DNA from: Candidatus Latescibacterota bacterium
GTDB lineage: Bacteria; Latescibacterota; UBA2968; GCA-2709665
Direction of reading: 5' to 3'
Assembly (NCBI GenBank): GCA_965203805.1
Contig: OZ241917.1
Location: forward strand, 3,872,001 to 3,936,000
Length of the DNA stretch: 64,000 nucleotides
Shown: positions 30,161-40,572 of the stretch, piece by piece
How the letters are laid out: the number at the start of each line of letters is the position of its first letter
Position numbering within the stretch: position 1 is the first letter of the stretch
Position numbers and translations under genes: made by a program
The notes under the pieces: generated by a model
Databases searched by the model: none
Told to the model about the DNA's origin: nothing
Seen by the model: the letters and a program-made list of their open reading frames with translations, nothing else

Positions 30161-31243
30161 ATGTCACCAATTCAGAACAGTAACTGCTTTAGTATTTCGT
30201 TCGCGTTTATTTTTCTCATCTGCGACTGTTCGCGTACTTCTCGAAGTAAGGAACTAATCTCGGGCGTTGAAGAAATCTCGCTAAGTCAGGCTCCCCAAGG
30301 AGAGTATCTAAACGTCTCTGCAGTAACTACAAACAGCAAGGGTGAAATTTACCTTTGTGACAGCGAGAATAGTCGGCTCCTATGGTTTGGTTCGGATGGT
30401 GTCTTTCGTTCGGAATTAGGACGTCGAAATAGGTACTCCGGGGACGTACGATTTCCAACTGCACTAACCGTCGGAAAAAATGATGAGATCTATGTTGCCT
30501 GTTTGGATGAAGTATTGGTCTTCAGTTCATCCGGGCGTCTCGTCAGACGATTTTCGCCGACAATTCCCGACACTAGTCTGGAGTCGAAACAACACAAAGT
30601 CATCTTCAGTCCACGATCGATCGCGGTAGACTCATTGGGAGCTATATATCTATCTGGATTCTGGCCTAATGGCTGCATTCATAAGTTTTCTGCGAATGGA
30701 AATTGGTTAGCATCGTTTGGTGATATATTCCCGCACTCAGACACGAGGGTTCAGCAAAACTACTCTGGAGGAATTCTCCTAGCGTCCTGCCAGAGGATAT
30801 TGATCAGTTACTTGATGGCGTACAGGATTAGTACTTACAGTTTGGACGGAATTCCATTAACAAACATTGATCGAGCAGACGTAAACCTCGCACCTAGCTT
30901 TGATCTGTCTGGTTCCCAAAACAGATACTTCCTGCGTTCCCGCACTTTGGGCATATTCAAGATCGGCCACCTGTTTCTACATCAATACTACATACGCGGG
31001 GTTGGAAAATTCGTCGATGTCTACAATACAAATACAGAGAAATTAACAACCAATATTCCAATCAATGTACGTATACATCACATAGATTCCGAGCATTACA
31101 TTTACTATACGACTTCCGATCGTTTGGGTAGCACAGTGTTTCGAGGAAAGATTCAGGGTTCCAGATTGGTGGCAAGAATCACGGGTTCTTGTCGGGTACC
31201 GTTACGCTACCCGACAAGGCACATAAGGGTGAGAGGCTTATAA
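30161..31243 (+). CDS. NHL-repeat / six-bladed beta-propeller protein, probably exported
   Basis: Repeats GEIYLCDSENSRLLWFGSDG, FPTALTV..DEIYV, PRSIAVDSLGAIYL..IHKFSANG; hydrophobic N-terminus with Cys. Confidence 0.75.
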   Translation: MSPIQNSNCFSISFAFIFLICDCSRTSRSKELISGVEEISLSQAPQGEYLNVSAVTTNSKGEIYLCDSENSRLLWFGSDGVFRSELGRRNRYSGDVRFPTALTVGKNDEIYVACLDEVLVFSSSGRLVRRFSPTIPDTSLESKQHKVIFSPRSIAVDSLGAIYLSGFWPNGCIHKFSANGNWLASFGDIFPHSDTRVQQNYSGGILLASCQRILISYLMAYRISTYSLDGIPLTNIDRADVNLAPSFDLSGSQNRYFLRSRTLGIFKIGHLFLHQYYIRGVGKFVDVYNTNTEKLTTNIPINVRIHHIDSEHYIYYTTSDRLGSTVFRGKIQGSRLVARITGSCRVPLRYPTRHIRVRGL

Positions 31244-31311
31244 TTCGGAATTTCTGACCAAACTTGAGAATATCTCTATGTAGGGAAGGATTTGCGTAGA
31301 GGAGATAACCT

Positions 31312-34086
31312 ATGTGTCTTGTCAGAGCTTTTTGCCTCTGCGTAGGATTTGTGCTCAGCAATGGTTGTAGTTGGCCATTGACGGAATCAATTTTTCTAAC
31401 CTATACCGTACATGTTACTGATCCACAGATGGGTGTTTTTTCTGTTAAGCTACACATCGGTAACGCTTCAGACAAGGTTACATTAAGGTCGTATGTGCCT
31501 GACGAACATACACCGATTACCAATTTGGAAGCGTTTGATATGCAAGGCAACTCCCTCGGTATAGTACGTGCTACCGAAGAGAGGGGGTATGAGGGCAGCA
31601 CGCTCTCGATGAACTTATTCGAGATCGACAATTCTGAAGAAGGTGATATTACCGTTACCTATAATACGATGGTCGGGACTAAATACGCCAAGCACGGTAG
31701 GCAGCCTTACAATACCCACGGCTACATGAATGCTAATTTCGCGCTTGTGTCTGGTAGGAATCTATTCTTGCTGCCGGACGCGTCAATTGACTCTGCGTAT
31801 GTTAATTTTTCGTTGCCGAACAACTGGCAGATAGCAATTCCCTGGCCTGAAAAGCAGGGCGGATATATGCCTAACATTCATTCCGCCCACCTGAAGGATG
31901 AGTTGATGAATGCCACCATATCTCTCGGCTTACTCGAATGTGAGACCAGAACAATCAACAACGTTCGTGTTTCTTCGTATGTCTATAAGGGATGGGATCG
32001 TGTAACCAAGGACAACATCGTCGAGATGTCATTCTCGGCCTACAGATCGGTCCAAGAGTTGTTCGGTGGCGACGGAGATGGCGACTATGTATTTAGTTTC
32101 GTACCCAAGACGTCTGAAGGCATGTCGATTTATTCTTCTCATTGGTCGAATTCTCAAGGACTACCCATGTATCCCCCCACACAAGAACGCTGGATTGTAG
32201 TCGTTGAGAACCTAATTGATAGGTGGATTAGATTTCCCCCTTACCGCATGGTTTATTCGGAAAGTGATGATTTTTGGTTGTTGGATGGTATTAGGCGCTA
32301 TTTTGGTTTGTATATATGTGAAAAGATCGGATTCTTAAATTCAAAACGTTATTTGACGATAGACTTTCAAGGCTTTATGGGAAGGGTCGCGGAATTCAAA
32401 GCGGATCATATCTGGTTTCACAAGACCCAAAACGTGAACCCGGTCAGTGATGTGTCTGGTCTCTACGTCGATGATTCTTGGGGCCTCAAGACTACTCGAA
32501 GGGCGGTAGCTCCATTCGTGGTTCGGTTTCTGGATGGGTTTATTCAAGAATACACAGATAAAACCCGCAGTCTTGGCGATGTATTGAAATATGAATATAA
32601 AAAAAAGAGAAATCTAAATTTCATATTGGACATCAAAGAACATCTGGGAGAGCCGATCAGCAAGGAGATCGAATATTACTTGAACAACCTGCACGAGATC
32701 CCAATGAAACTAAACATATCCCGCACCGTACCAAGTTTTCCGACAACTCATCTGCCCGATAAAAACAGTGAACACGCTGATACAATGAGGATAGTGATTA
32801 CCGGAGACGTGCGTGGACACTTAGAACACTGCGGATGTAAGTCGAATCAGGATGGGGGTATCGCCCGCAGATCCAGCGTCATCGCTCAATATCGCGAAAA
32901 ATACAAGAATCTCATTGTTTTGGACATTGGTAACATGTTCCCCCCCTCAAAGGGGGAGAATTTCCTGTCTGATCTAGATAAAGAAGAGTTGAAGGTCTTT
33001 CTGAGATCAATGAACGAAATGAAGTATGATTTCGCGGCTATATCCACCAGCGAGTTATTCTTTGGCTACGAATTTCTGAAAAGGAATATGCAGGTCGTAG
33101 ATTTCCCGTTCATATGCGCAAACGTACTCAGGAATGGCAATCCTATAGGACAGCCTTTCGTTTCGACCCGGACAGATGACTACCGTGTAGCATTCATAGG
33201 TATTTTTCAAGAGACTACGAATATATCTACGACGGGGAGCTATTTTTTTCAGGACCGAACTTCAGATTTGGAATTCCTGGATCCGGTTGTAGCGATTAGT
33301 CACTATCTGCCAATGCTGAGAAAAGACAATGACTTCGTATTCATAGTAGGTAATCTTGAGCCCGACCTTATTTTCGAGCGTCTTTTGCCGGTCGACGGAA
33401 TAGATGGCATTATCTCTCGGATTCGACCGAATTTCGATCTGTATGAGACCGAAAACGGACTCGTGCAGTCCAGTAATACAGTATCCGGTTTTCACGCTGG
33501 AAAGCCTGTTATTTTTGAATCCAACGGGCTCTATGGAATTGACTTATTCGAGATCATTTCGAATAGAGACCGGGAAATCGTCGCACTGCAGCGTAAAAGG
33601 ACCCGACTTCATGACGACATCCAAGAAGATACCGTAGTGCGGAGTATCATTGATGATCTATATAGCACGGTAATTGACGAAGATTTGCGCCCTTTATTGG
33701 ATTGGGATCAACGATTTGGACAGGATGAATATGTTGGCGTGCAGGCATGTGCGGCGTGTCATTCACGGCAATACACACAATGGAAGAACACGCGACATGC
33801 TACCGCCTTTAACACGCTCCTTGATGTGCGTAGGCAGTACCAACCCAAGTGCGTAATCTGCCATACGACAGGAATGGGATATGAAACGGGATATAAAATG
33901 GGTGAATTGAAACATCATCTTATCAATGTACAATGTGAAATGTGTCATGGTCCAGGGAATTTGCACGTTAGGAACCCCGGGTCAAAGATGATCCGGTCTC
34001 CAAAGATTAGGCTCTGCATTACGTGCCACGATAGTGAACATTCCGACTTTGATCCAGAGGAATACTATCCCAAAGTCGTTCATTAG
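31312..34086 (+). CDS. Fusion: M61-peptidase-like region + UshA/5'-nucleotidase-like domain with CGC motif + tetraheme cytochrome c554-like domain
   Basis: Lipobox-like SNGC; YTVHVTDP..FSVKL and LPNNWQIA (M61 N-terminus); GDVRGHLEHCGCKSNQDGGIARR, FPFICANV; YVGVQACAACH, CVICH, VQCEMCHGPG, CITCH. Confidence 0.75.
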   Translation: MCLVRAFCLCVGFVLSNGCSWPLTESIFLTYTVHVTDPQMGVFSVKLHIGNASDKVTLRSYVPDEHTPITNLEAFDMQGNSLGIVRATEERGYEGSTLSMNLFEIDNSEEGDITVTYNTMVGTKYAKHGRQPYNTHGYMNANFALVSGRNLFLLPDASIDSAYVNFSLPNNWQIAIPWPEKQGGYMPNIHSAHLKDELMNATISLGLLECETRTINNVRVSSYVYKGWDRVTKDNIVEMSFSAYRSVQELFGGDGDGDYVFSFVPKTSEGMSIYSSHWSNSQGLPMYPPTQERWIVVVENLIDRWIRFPPYRMVYSESDDFWLLDGIRRYFGLYICEKIGFLNSKRYLTIDFQGFMGRVAEFKADHIWFHKTQNVNPVSDVSGLYVDDSWGLKTTRRAVAPFVVRFLDGFIQEYTDKTRSLGDVLKYEYKKKRNLNFILDIKEHLGEPISKEIEYYLNNLHEIPMKLNISRTVPSFPTTHLPDKNSEHADTMRIVITGDVRGHLEHCGCKSNQDGGIARRSSVIAQYREKYKNLIVLDIGNMFPPSKGENFLSDLDKEELKVFLRSMNEMKYDFAAISTSELFFGYEFLKRNMQVVDFPFICANVLRNGNPIGQPFVSTRTDDYRVAFIGIFQETTNISTTGSYFFQDRTSDLEFLDPVVAISHYLPMLRKDNDFVFIVGNLEPDLIFERLLPVDGIDGIISRIRPNFDLYETENGLVQSSNTVSGFHAGKPVIFESNGLYGIDLFEIISNRDREIVALQRKRTRLHDDIQEDTVVRSIIDDLYSTVIDEDLRPLLDWDQRFGQDEYVGVQACAACHSRQYTQWKNTRHATAFNTLLDVRRQYQPKCVICHTTGMGYETGYKMGELKHHLINVQCEMCHGPGNLHVRNPGSKMIRSPKIRLCITCHDSEHSDFDPEEYYPKVVH

Positions 34087-34240
34087 ACTTATGTACGAAA
34101 CGCTTAGTTGGTTGACCGGATCGATCCTACTACGAGAGGCGAAAGTAGGGCACTTTACTTCTGGATACAGCAGGGACGATGACAAAGAGGTTGTACGCGT
34201 GGCGACACTAAAGTGAGAAATTCGAAAGGAGGTGAAAAAG

Positions 34241-34498
34241 ATGTCGAAAAAGTGCAGAATCCTGATCGTTTCAGCTGTGACTCCTGTTCTTGCGCTTTTA
34301 GCATCAATCTTGGTGCCAAGCAAAACGACAGTGGGACCGTACGCAGGATTCCTTGCTCCTGAAGCACATGCTGAAGCAACGTGTTACAGTAGATGCTATG
34401 GAACGGAATGTTCATACTGGCCGAGTGCCGAATATTGGTGCGAGGAACAAGGAAATGGATGCACCGAGTGGACTGATTCTGATAGTGGCTGCAGCTAG
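34241..34498 (+). CDS. Secreted cysteine-rich peptide (85 aa; six Cys in predicted mature part)
   Basis: AAGGAGGT RBS; basic-hydrophobic N-terminus, AHA|EA cleavage-like site; EATCYSRCYGTECSYWPSAEYWCEEQGNGCTEWTDSDSGCS. Confidence 0.8.
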   Translation: MSKKCRILIVSAVTPVLALLASILVPSKTTVGPYAGFLAPEAHAEATCYSRCYGTECSYWPSAEYWCEEQGNGCTEWTDSDSGCS

Positions 34499-34860
34499 TT
34501 TTCGTTTCCATTAGCTGCTCTAGCTATCAAATAAGTTTTTGGCTCGTCAAAGCACGGGAGTCACAAGGCATTTTGACCGGAAATCGAACTATAGGTCATT
34601 GTCAATTTATCCAACATTGTGGACCTTCCGTGCTTTTTTGCGCCGAGAGACTCCACCAGAGAAGTAAGTTCCTGCTGTATCGATTGACGCGCAGCCAGGC
34701 TCATTCTGTAACGGCATTGCGGTGAATCAAGAGGTTCGTGTTTTTTCGCTCCTTTACGTTTGTTCAAAAGGAATCTCCCAACAGCGCACCAGCAGCTTTA
34801 AACGGAATCTTTAGGGCTACTGATGCCGCTGCCCAGTCAACTAAACATACGCCTTGTCCT

Positions 34861-37362
34861 ATGGATCGAATTGTAATCATAGCCTTTTTCTTTGCCCAAT
34901 TCCTCTTCACGGGCTTTGACTCCGTTGCGATCGCTGGGAACTCACTTGATGCGACTATGATCGATTCCCTACATATCGAGGGTACGCGATTATTCAAGCA
35001 AGGCAAATTCGAATCAGCATTGGATATATTTCAGGAAGCGACCAGGATTGACGACGGGCATGCTCCTTCGTATGTAGGATTGGGCCATGTTTACTTGAAG
35101 CAGGATAGTCTATTGGCAGCGGAGCGGGCCTTTATGAAAGCCCGAAATGCAAACAACAAGTTTGCGCCAGCCCATAACGGGTTGGGTCTGGTTTACTGGA
35201 AGAAAAAGACGGGACGCCTGTGGGCGATTCAGTATTTCCGAACTGCTTACCAGCTTGACCGTAGGTACTCTGAGGCCTATTACAATGCGGCCGAGGTCTA
35301 CCGTGAGTTGGGCGATACGAAAGAGCTAGATACGTATGAGAGATTGGTGGACGCCTTTCCCGAACATCGGGACGCCTGGTTCAGGATTGGAGAGATACAT
35401 CGAACGGGTGGAGCCGGAAGGTATCCGAATTTGGCTGAAGCCGAGGCAGCCTATCGTCAACAACTCGCAGTGAATGCGAAACACGTGGCGGCGCGATCCA
35501 GTTTGGCCGACGTATTGGTCGTGCGAGGCAATATAGAGGAGGCATTAGCCTGGTTGGAGGGGCTTGAAGATACCTCGGGCGTGAAAATTCGCGAAGTTCT
35601 ATTACAACAGGCCAGGATCTATCAAGATCGCGGCGAGGCAGGAAGGGCTGAGGCGCGTTACGAGGAATACATCGAATCGTTGGATCCGGAGGAGCAACTT
35701 TGTTATTTCGATCTCAGCCTCGTGGCCGCCGGTGAGGTTCTGGACCGGTTCACCTCGGCGCCGAAGACGGAATGGGAGGAATTGTCGGACAAATTCTGGG
35801 CAGGACGGGACCCTGCGCCGGTGACCGCGGCGAACGAACGCCGTAACGAACATTTCCGCCGTGTAGCATTCTCTCGGGAGTCCTACGGCCAACACGCATT
35901 CCCATGGGATGTGCGAGGGGAAGTTTACGTCCGGTACGGGGAACCGGATCATGTCAGCAAGTCCGCCGATATCCAATTCGAGACAGCGCCCAGGGTCGTG
36001 GCTGTAAAGGAGCGCCTCGTTAATCAAGCCGGTGATGCAGTTTTTGCGTTAACGAAGAGCAGGAATGACGAGATGCTGGAATATATCGTCACGGAGACGA
36101 TAAGTTACGCTGACCAGGACCGGGAGATTCAAATAGGGCCGATGAGCTCCAGGCAAAGAGAGATAGAGGAAACCGGCAATAGCCGCACTTATACTGCTAT
36201 AGAAGACGACCCAATGGCGAAGATGCGAAAGAGTGGAATCAAGCGTGACAAATTCGGAAGCCTTCAGGTGGCGTCGTCCAGTATACTCGGATGGCCTGTA
36301 TACCCCGTACCGGGAAAGGTCTGGGAGTACTGGATCTACACCGACGTTGGGCAGGGAATTGAAATCACGTTTGTTCAGCCGTACCATCCCGGACCCTTCA
36401 CCTATGCGGATATGCCTCATGGTATTGGTGAGGGTGGCGGCAGCGTCTCTCGATCCTGGCGCGAGATGAATCCTGCGGTTGTGGTGAACAGGGCAATTGC
36501 GAAAGCTCCAGAGGTGTACAGACAGGATTTCGCAACCGCCCCACTGGATTTCTTCTATGATTTCGCCCGATTCAAGAGAAGCGACCGTACGGTCAACCTG
36601 GAGGTGTATTATGGCGTTCCAACACGTGACATCACCTACGTAACGGACAGGGACGGTCTATATACTGCACATTTGAAGCGAGGCGTTGCGTTGTACAATG
36701 CGGACGATCAGCAGATCTACAGGTCGGCGGAAGAAATGGAACTCTACGTGGAGGGGAGTTCCGAAACGTCGCGGAACGCTTTCGTCCCATTTATGGACCG
36801 AATATCGGTACGACCGGGCAATTACCGGATGGCGATCCAGATTCTGGATGTTTCATCCGGAAAGTCGCAGGTCTACAATCAGCGGGTAAGGCTGACGGCC
36901 TTCGGCAGCCGCTACTTGCGACTGAGCGATATACAACTGTCCGCGTCCATCCGATCAGCGGGTGATGGCAGGTTTAGAAAGGGTGATATCGACGTCGTGC
37001 CGAACCCGAGCCAGGCCTTCATTTCCGGACAACCAGTACATTTCTACTATGAGATGTACAATCTGAAGAAGGATGAATTCGGCGTGATACGTTATCGTGT
37101 TTCCTTTCAGGTCGAATCGATAGAGCAAAAGTCCATCGCCGTTCGAATTCTGGGAGGGATCGGCAAGTTGCTGGGCGGAAGGGAGGAGCGTGAGTCGATC
37201 ACAGTTGATTACGAGCATGTCGGACACCGGGCGGATGACCAGGGTTACCTGGAACTGGATATGACAAATAGCGATGCGGGGACGTACAGGCTGAATGTCA
37301 GTGTAACGGACGTAAACTCGCTGCAGAGCGCGGACGCGACCAAGTTATTCACAATAGACTAA
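34861..37362 (+). CDS. TPR-repeat GWxTD-like domain protein, exported
   Basis: Signal-like N-terminus, TPRs, FWAGRDPAP..NERRNEHFRRVAFS..WDVRGEVYVRYGEPD, C-terminal LSDIQL..VVPNP..FYYEMYNL beta domains. Confidence 0.85.
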   Translation: MDRIVIIAFFFAQFLFTGFDSVAIAGNSLDATMIDSLHIEGTRLFKQGKFESALDIFQEATRIDDGHAPSYVGLGHVYLKQDSLLAAERAFMKARNANNKFAPAHNGLGLVYWKKKTGRLWAIQYFRTAYQLDRRYSEAYYNAAEVYRELGDTKELDTYERLVDAFPEHRDAWFRIGEIHRTGGAGRYPNLAEAEAAYRQQLAVNAKHVAARSSLADVLVVRGNIEEALAWLEGLEDTSGVKIREVLLQQARIYQDRGEAGRAEARYEEYIESLDPEEQLCYFDLSLVAAGEVLDRFTSAPKTEWEELSDKFWAGRDPAPVTAANERRNEHFRRVAFSRESYGQHAFPWDVRGEVYVRYGEPDHVSKSADIQFETAPRVVAVKERLVNQAGDAVFALTKSRNDEMLEYIVTETISYADQDREIQIGPMSSRQREIEETGNSRTYTAIEDDPMAKMRKSGIKRDKFGSLQVASSSILGWPVYPVPGKVWEYWIYTDVGQGIEITFVQPYHPGPFTYADMPHGIGEGGGSVSRSWREMNPAVVVNRAIAKAPEVYRQDFATAPLDFFYDFARFKRSDRTVNLEVYYGVPTRDITYVTDRDGLYTAHLKRGVALYNADDQQIYRSAEEMELYVEGSSETSRNAFVPFMDRISVRPGNYRMAIQILDVSSGKSQVYNQRVRLTAFGSRYLRLSDIQLSASIRSAGDGRFRKGDIDVVPNPSQAFISGQPVHFYYEMYNLKKDEFGVIRYRVSFQVESIEQKSIAVRILGGIGKLLGGREERESITVDYEHVGHRADDQGYLELDMTNSDAGTYRLNVSVTDVNSLQSADATKLFTID

Positions 37363-37734
37363 GGTGCTGAGAACTGGATTAGCTTTCTTTATGAAAAACG
37401 ATAGTTTCCTTGGTGGTTTCACCTTGACGCGTTTACTCCCACGGTCTAGTGCTTTACAACTGCGTACAGTGAATTTACTACGTCGTGTGGGTTTCCGCAA
37501 TCAACGCACTCCGAACTACCTCCTTCGTCAACGCCGTTCAGCCACGGTAACAGCAATCACGAATCAACATCATCGACCGCCACCTAAAGCGCTTATGACG
37601 TCAAGATTCTGACTCCGAGAATCGCACGTTCGGCAGATTTCGGTATCGTATGATTTACTTCCATCAACTCCCTTCCAAACCGTGAGGTACTTAAGTCGCA
37701 GTATCGTATCGATTATGTGCAGGAGTGTCGAAAC

Positions 37735-38763
37735 ATGCATTCGTTAGGAATTGCCTGTGTAGGTGCGGGAAATTGGGGTAGGAATCTGGTGCGTCACTTT
37801 GATGCCCTGAGCGCCTCCCGGTTAATAGTATGTTGTGACCTGAACGAGGATGTACTGAAGGACCTCTCGGCGCAATACGTTGATGTGACATTAACTCGTG
37901 ACTACCAAAGAGTTCTCCATGATCCGAGTATTGACGCCATAGTACTCGCATCTCCAGTCGAAATGCACTTTCCAATGGCCAAACAGGCATTGGAGGTGGG
38001 CAAACACGTCTTTGTGGAGAAGCCGCTTGCGCTCGAAGTGCAAGAAGCAGAAGCCTTATGTCTGATGGCAGAGGAGAAGGGCCTGATCTTGATGGTTGGG
38101 CACCTCCTTGAGTACCATCCTGCGATCCAAGAACTGAAGAATCTGGTCGATCTTGGCGCTCTCGGTGATATTCATTACATATACACCCAGCGAGTGAATT
38201 TTGGCATTATCCGAAAAAACGAAACCGCGCTTTGGAGCCTGGGACCTCACGATGTATCGATGGTGTGCCACCTGCTCAATGGACAACCGCAAACCGTGAA
38301 TGCCCGCGGGATGTCGTGTGTCCAGGACGGCATTGAGGATGTTGTGTTTGCCAATCTGAATTTCGACGATCAAGTCATGGCGCAGATTCACGTTAGCTGG
38401 CTGGATCCACATAAAATCCGGCGACTGACCATTGTCGGCAGTCAGCGGATGGCTGTGTTCGATGACATGGAGCCAGTTGAAAAAATCAGATTATATGAAA
38501 ACTACGCAAACCATGCCGACATTCCAGGGTGGGAACGAAGGGCGCGTTTGCATCACGGCCCTGTCGAGGTACCTGAATTCGACCGTAGCGAACCCCTCAA
38601 GCTGGAATGCGAACATTTCCTGGATTGCATTCGGTTTGGTCGGAGGCCGATCAGCGACGGCAACGACGGATTGCGCGTGGTGCGGGTGCTCGATGCCGCA
38701 CAGCGTTCGCTGGAAAGCGCGGGAATTCCAATCCGAATCAAGACGGCGCAACCAGACGCGTGA
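37735..38763 (+). CDS. Gfo/Idh/MocA oxidoreductase (WbpB-like sugar dehydrogenase)
   Basis: GAGNWGRN, GKHVFVEKPLA, LMVGH..YHPA, WSLGPHDVS, HVSWLDPHKIR. Confidence 0.9.
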   Translation: MHSLGIACVGAGNWGRNLVRHFDALSASRLIVCCDLNEDVLKDLSAQYVDVTLTRDYQRVLHDPSIDAIVLASPVEMHFPMAKQALEVGKHVFVEKPLALEVQEAEALCLMAEEKGLILMVGHLLEYHPAIQELKNLVDLGALGDIHYIYTQRVNFGIIRKNETALWSLGPHDVSMVCHLLNGQPQTVNARGMSCVQDGIEDVVFANLNFDDQVMAQIHVSWLDPHKIRRLTIVGSQRMAVFDDMEPVEKIRLYENYANHADIPGWERRARLHHGPVEVPEFDRSEPLKLECEHFLDCIRFGRRPISDGNDGLRVVRVLDAAQRSLESAGIPIRIKTAQPDA

Positions 38764-38782
38764 ATAGTGCCCGAGGAATCAA

Positions 38783-39595
38783 ATGCCAGTTGGCGTGAAA
38801 AACTCGGATTTTGCGTTTCAAATCAGACGAATTGTGCTTGAGCAGTCGATGCGAGCGCGGGTTGGGCATATTGGATCGGCGCTTTCTATAGCTGACGTGA
38901 TTGCGGCGTTATATGCCGATGTACTTCGCATTCCCGATCCGGACGATTGGGATCGCGACCGTTTTGTCCTTTGCAAGGGCCACGCGGCCCTTGCTCTCTA
39001 TGCGGCGCTGTATCTGAAGGGATGGATCACAGACAGCGAGTTGAATACCTATTGTGGTGAAGGTAGTTTGCTGGGCGTGCATCCGGAACACTCGCTTCGG
39101 GGTATTGACTACTGCACCGGCTCGTTAGGGCACGGGCTCTCAATGGCGGTTGGGGCGGCGCTTGCTTCCAAGATGCAGGGGTCCGGCCGTCGGGTATTTG
39201 CCCTTTTAAGCGACGCGGAATGCAATGAAGGCGCGTTGTGGGAGGCTGCCATGTTCGCGGCTCACCATAGGCTCAAAAATCTCGTCGCAATTGTGGATCT
39301 GAACGGTCAACAGGCACTTGGCTATACCCGGGATGTGATGGATCTCGCGCCGATGGGCGAACGTTGGCGGTCATTTGGATGGGATGTGCATCAAGTCGAT
39401 GGACATAAACCGGCGGAAGTCACAGCCACAATCGAAGGATTAGATCCCGCTTCGGGACGCCCTCATGTGCTGATTGCGAATACAGTGTTCGGAAGAGGGG
39501 TGTCGTTTATGGAGAGCCGCATTGAATGGCATTATCTGCCAATGTCGGATGCCGAATACAGTCGGGCGATGATTGAGATTGGTGCACCAACATGA
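38783..39595 (+). CDS. Transketolase-like N-terminal (ThDP-binding) subunit
   Basis: GHIGSALS, RDRFVLCKGH, TGSLGHGL, SDAECNEG..WEA..N. Confidence 0.92.
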   Translation: MPVGVKNSDFAFQIRRIVLEQSMRARVGHIGSALSIADVIAALYADVLRIPDPDDWDRDRFVLCKGHAALALYAALYLKGWITDSELNTYCGEGSLLGVHPEHSLRGIDYCTGSLGHGLSMAVGAALASKMQGSGRRVFALLSDAECNEGALWEAAMFAAHHRLKNLVAIVDLNGQQALGYTRDVMDLAPMGERWRSFGWDVHQVDGHKPAEVTATIEGLDPASGRPHVLIANTVFGRGVSFMESRIEWHYLPMSDAEYSRAMIEIGAPT

Positions 39596-40572
39596 GATCT
39601 GAATTTGTGAATACTCTAGTAGAGTTGGCTGAGTTCGACAAGCGAATTCTTTTGCTTACCGGCGACCTTGGATTCAGGGCCGTGGAACCATTCTCCGACA
39701 GGTTTGCGGACAGATTTATCAACGTCGGTGTGGCTGAACAGAATATGGTAGGGATGGCGACCGGACTGGCTGAGGCTGGCTTCGTGCCATTTGTGTATTC
39801 AATTGCCACGTTTGCATCGCTCCGGCCTTACGAGTTCATTCGAAACGGTCCCGTTCTGCACCACTCGAAAGTCCGCATCGTAGGTGTGGGTGGAGGATTT
39901 GAGTACGGCTCTGCGGGGATTACTCACCACGGATTGGAGGACGTTGGTGTGATGCGTGTGCAGCCCGGTTTGGCAGTGATTGTCCCAGCAGATTCACAAC
40001 AGACGGCAGCAGCCCTCCGGGCATCCTGGGATCGTCCGGGACCGATCTATTACAGAATAGGCAAGGACAATGACATGATCGTTCCTGGACTGAACGGTCG
40101 GTTTGAGTTGGGCAAGGCGGAGGTCGTTCGAGAGGGATCTGATTTGTTGTTGATTGCAATGGGAAGCCTGGCCAGTGAAGCGGTGGATGCGGCTGCCGAG
40201 TTATCCGTCGACGGAATCGATTGTACGGTTGCTGTGGTCGCCAGCTTGAATCCGCCGCCCACGGCGGATCTACAAGCGCTGATTTCTGAATTTTCAATCG
40301 TGGTCACGGCTGAAGGTCACTACGTTACCAGTGGTGTGGGTTCGCTGGTCTGCGAGACGGTCGCGGAACATGGCTTGTCCTGCCGGGTGGTGAGGGTTGG
40401 GGTTCGGAACCCGAGCAACGGGGTGACCGGCAGCCGGGATTATCTCCGACGAATCCACGGCTTGAACTGTTCCTCGCTGGCGCACATTATGCGCCGGGAG
40501 GCACAGCAAGGTGTGAAGTCTCCCGGCATTCCGTGTACCACTCATGGATTGCGCGTAAGCAACATTGCATGA
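39592..40572 (+). CDS. Transketolase-like C-terminal (pyrimidine-binding) subunit
   Basis: LTGDLG, RFINVGVAEQNMVG, RPYEFIRN, GITHHGLED. Confidence 0.92.
   Translation: MRSEFVNTLVELAEFDKRILLLTGDLGFRAVEPFSDRFADRFINVGVAEQNMVGMATGLAEAGFVPFVYSIATFASLRPYEFIRNGPVLHHSKVRIVGVGGGFEYGSAGITHHGLEDVGVMRVQPGLAVIVPADSQQTAAALRASWDRPGPIYYRIGKDNDMIVPGLNGRFELGKAEVVREGSDLLLIAMGSLASEAVDAAAELSVDGIDCTVAVVASLNPPPTADLQALISEFSIVVTAEGHYVTSGVGSLVCETVAEHGLSCRVVRVGVRNPSNGVTGSRDYLRRIHGLNCSSLAHIMRREAQQGVKSPGIPCTTHGLRVSNIA

Noticed and set aside
32821-32845. Selenocysteine in the UshA-like CxC motif
   Set aside because: Codons are TGC GGA TGT; both residues are Cys and the ORF is uninterrupted.
34241-34498. Six-Cys peptide as the substrate of the rSAM enzyme (contains one CYGTE, Cx3E)
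   Set aside because: It has a Sec-type signal rather than an RRE-binding leader and lies 16 kb away, while a leader-bearing peptide sits directly next to the enzyme.
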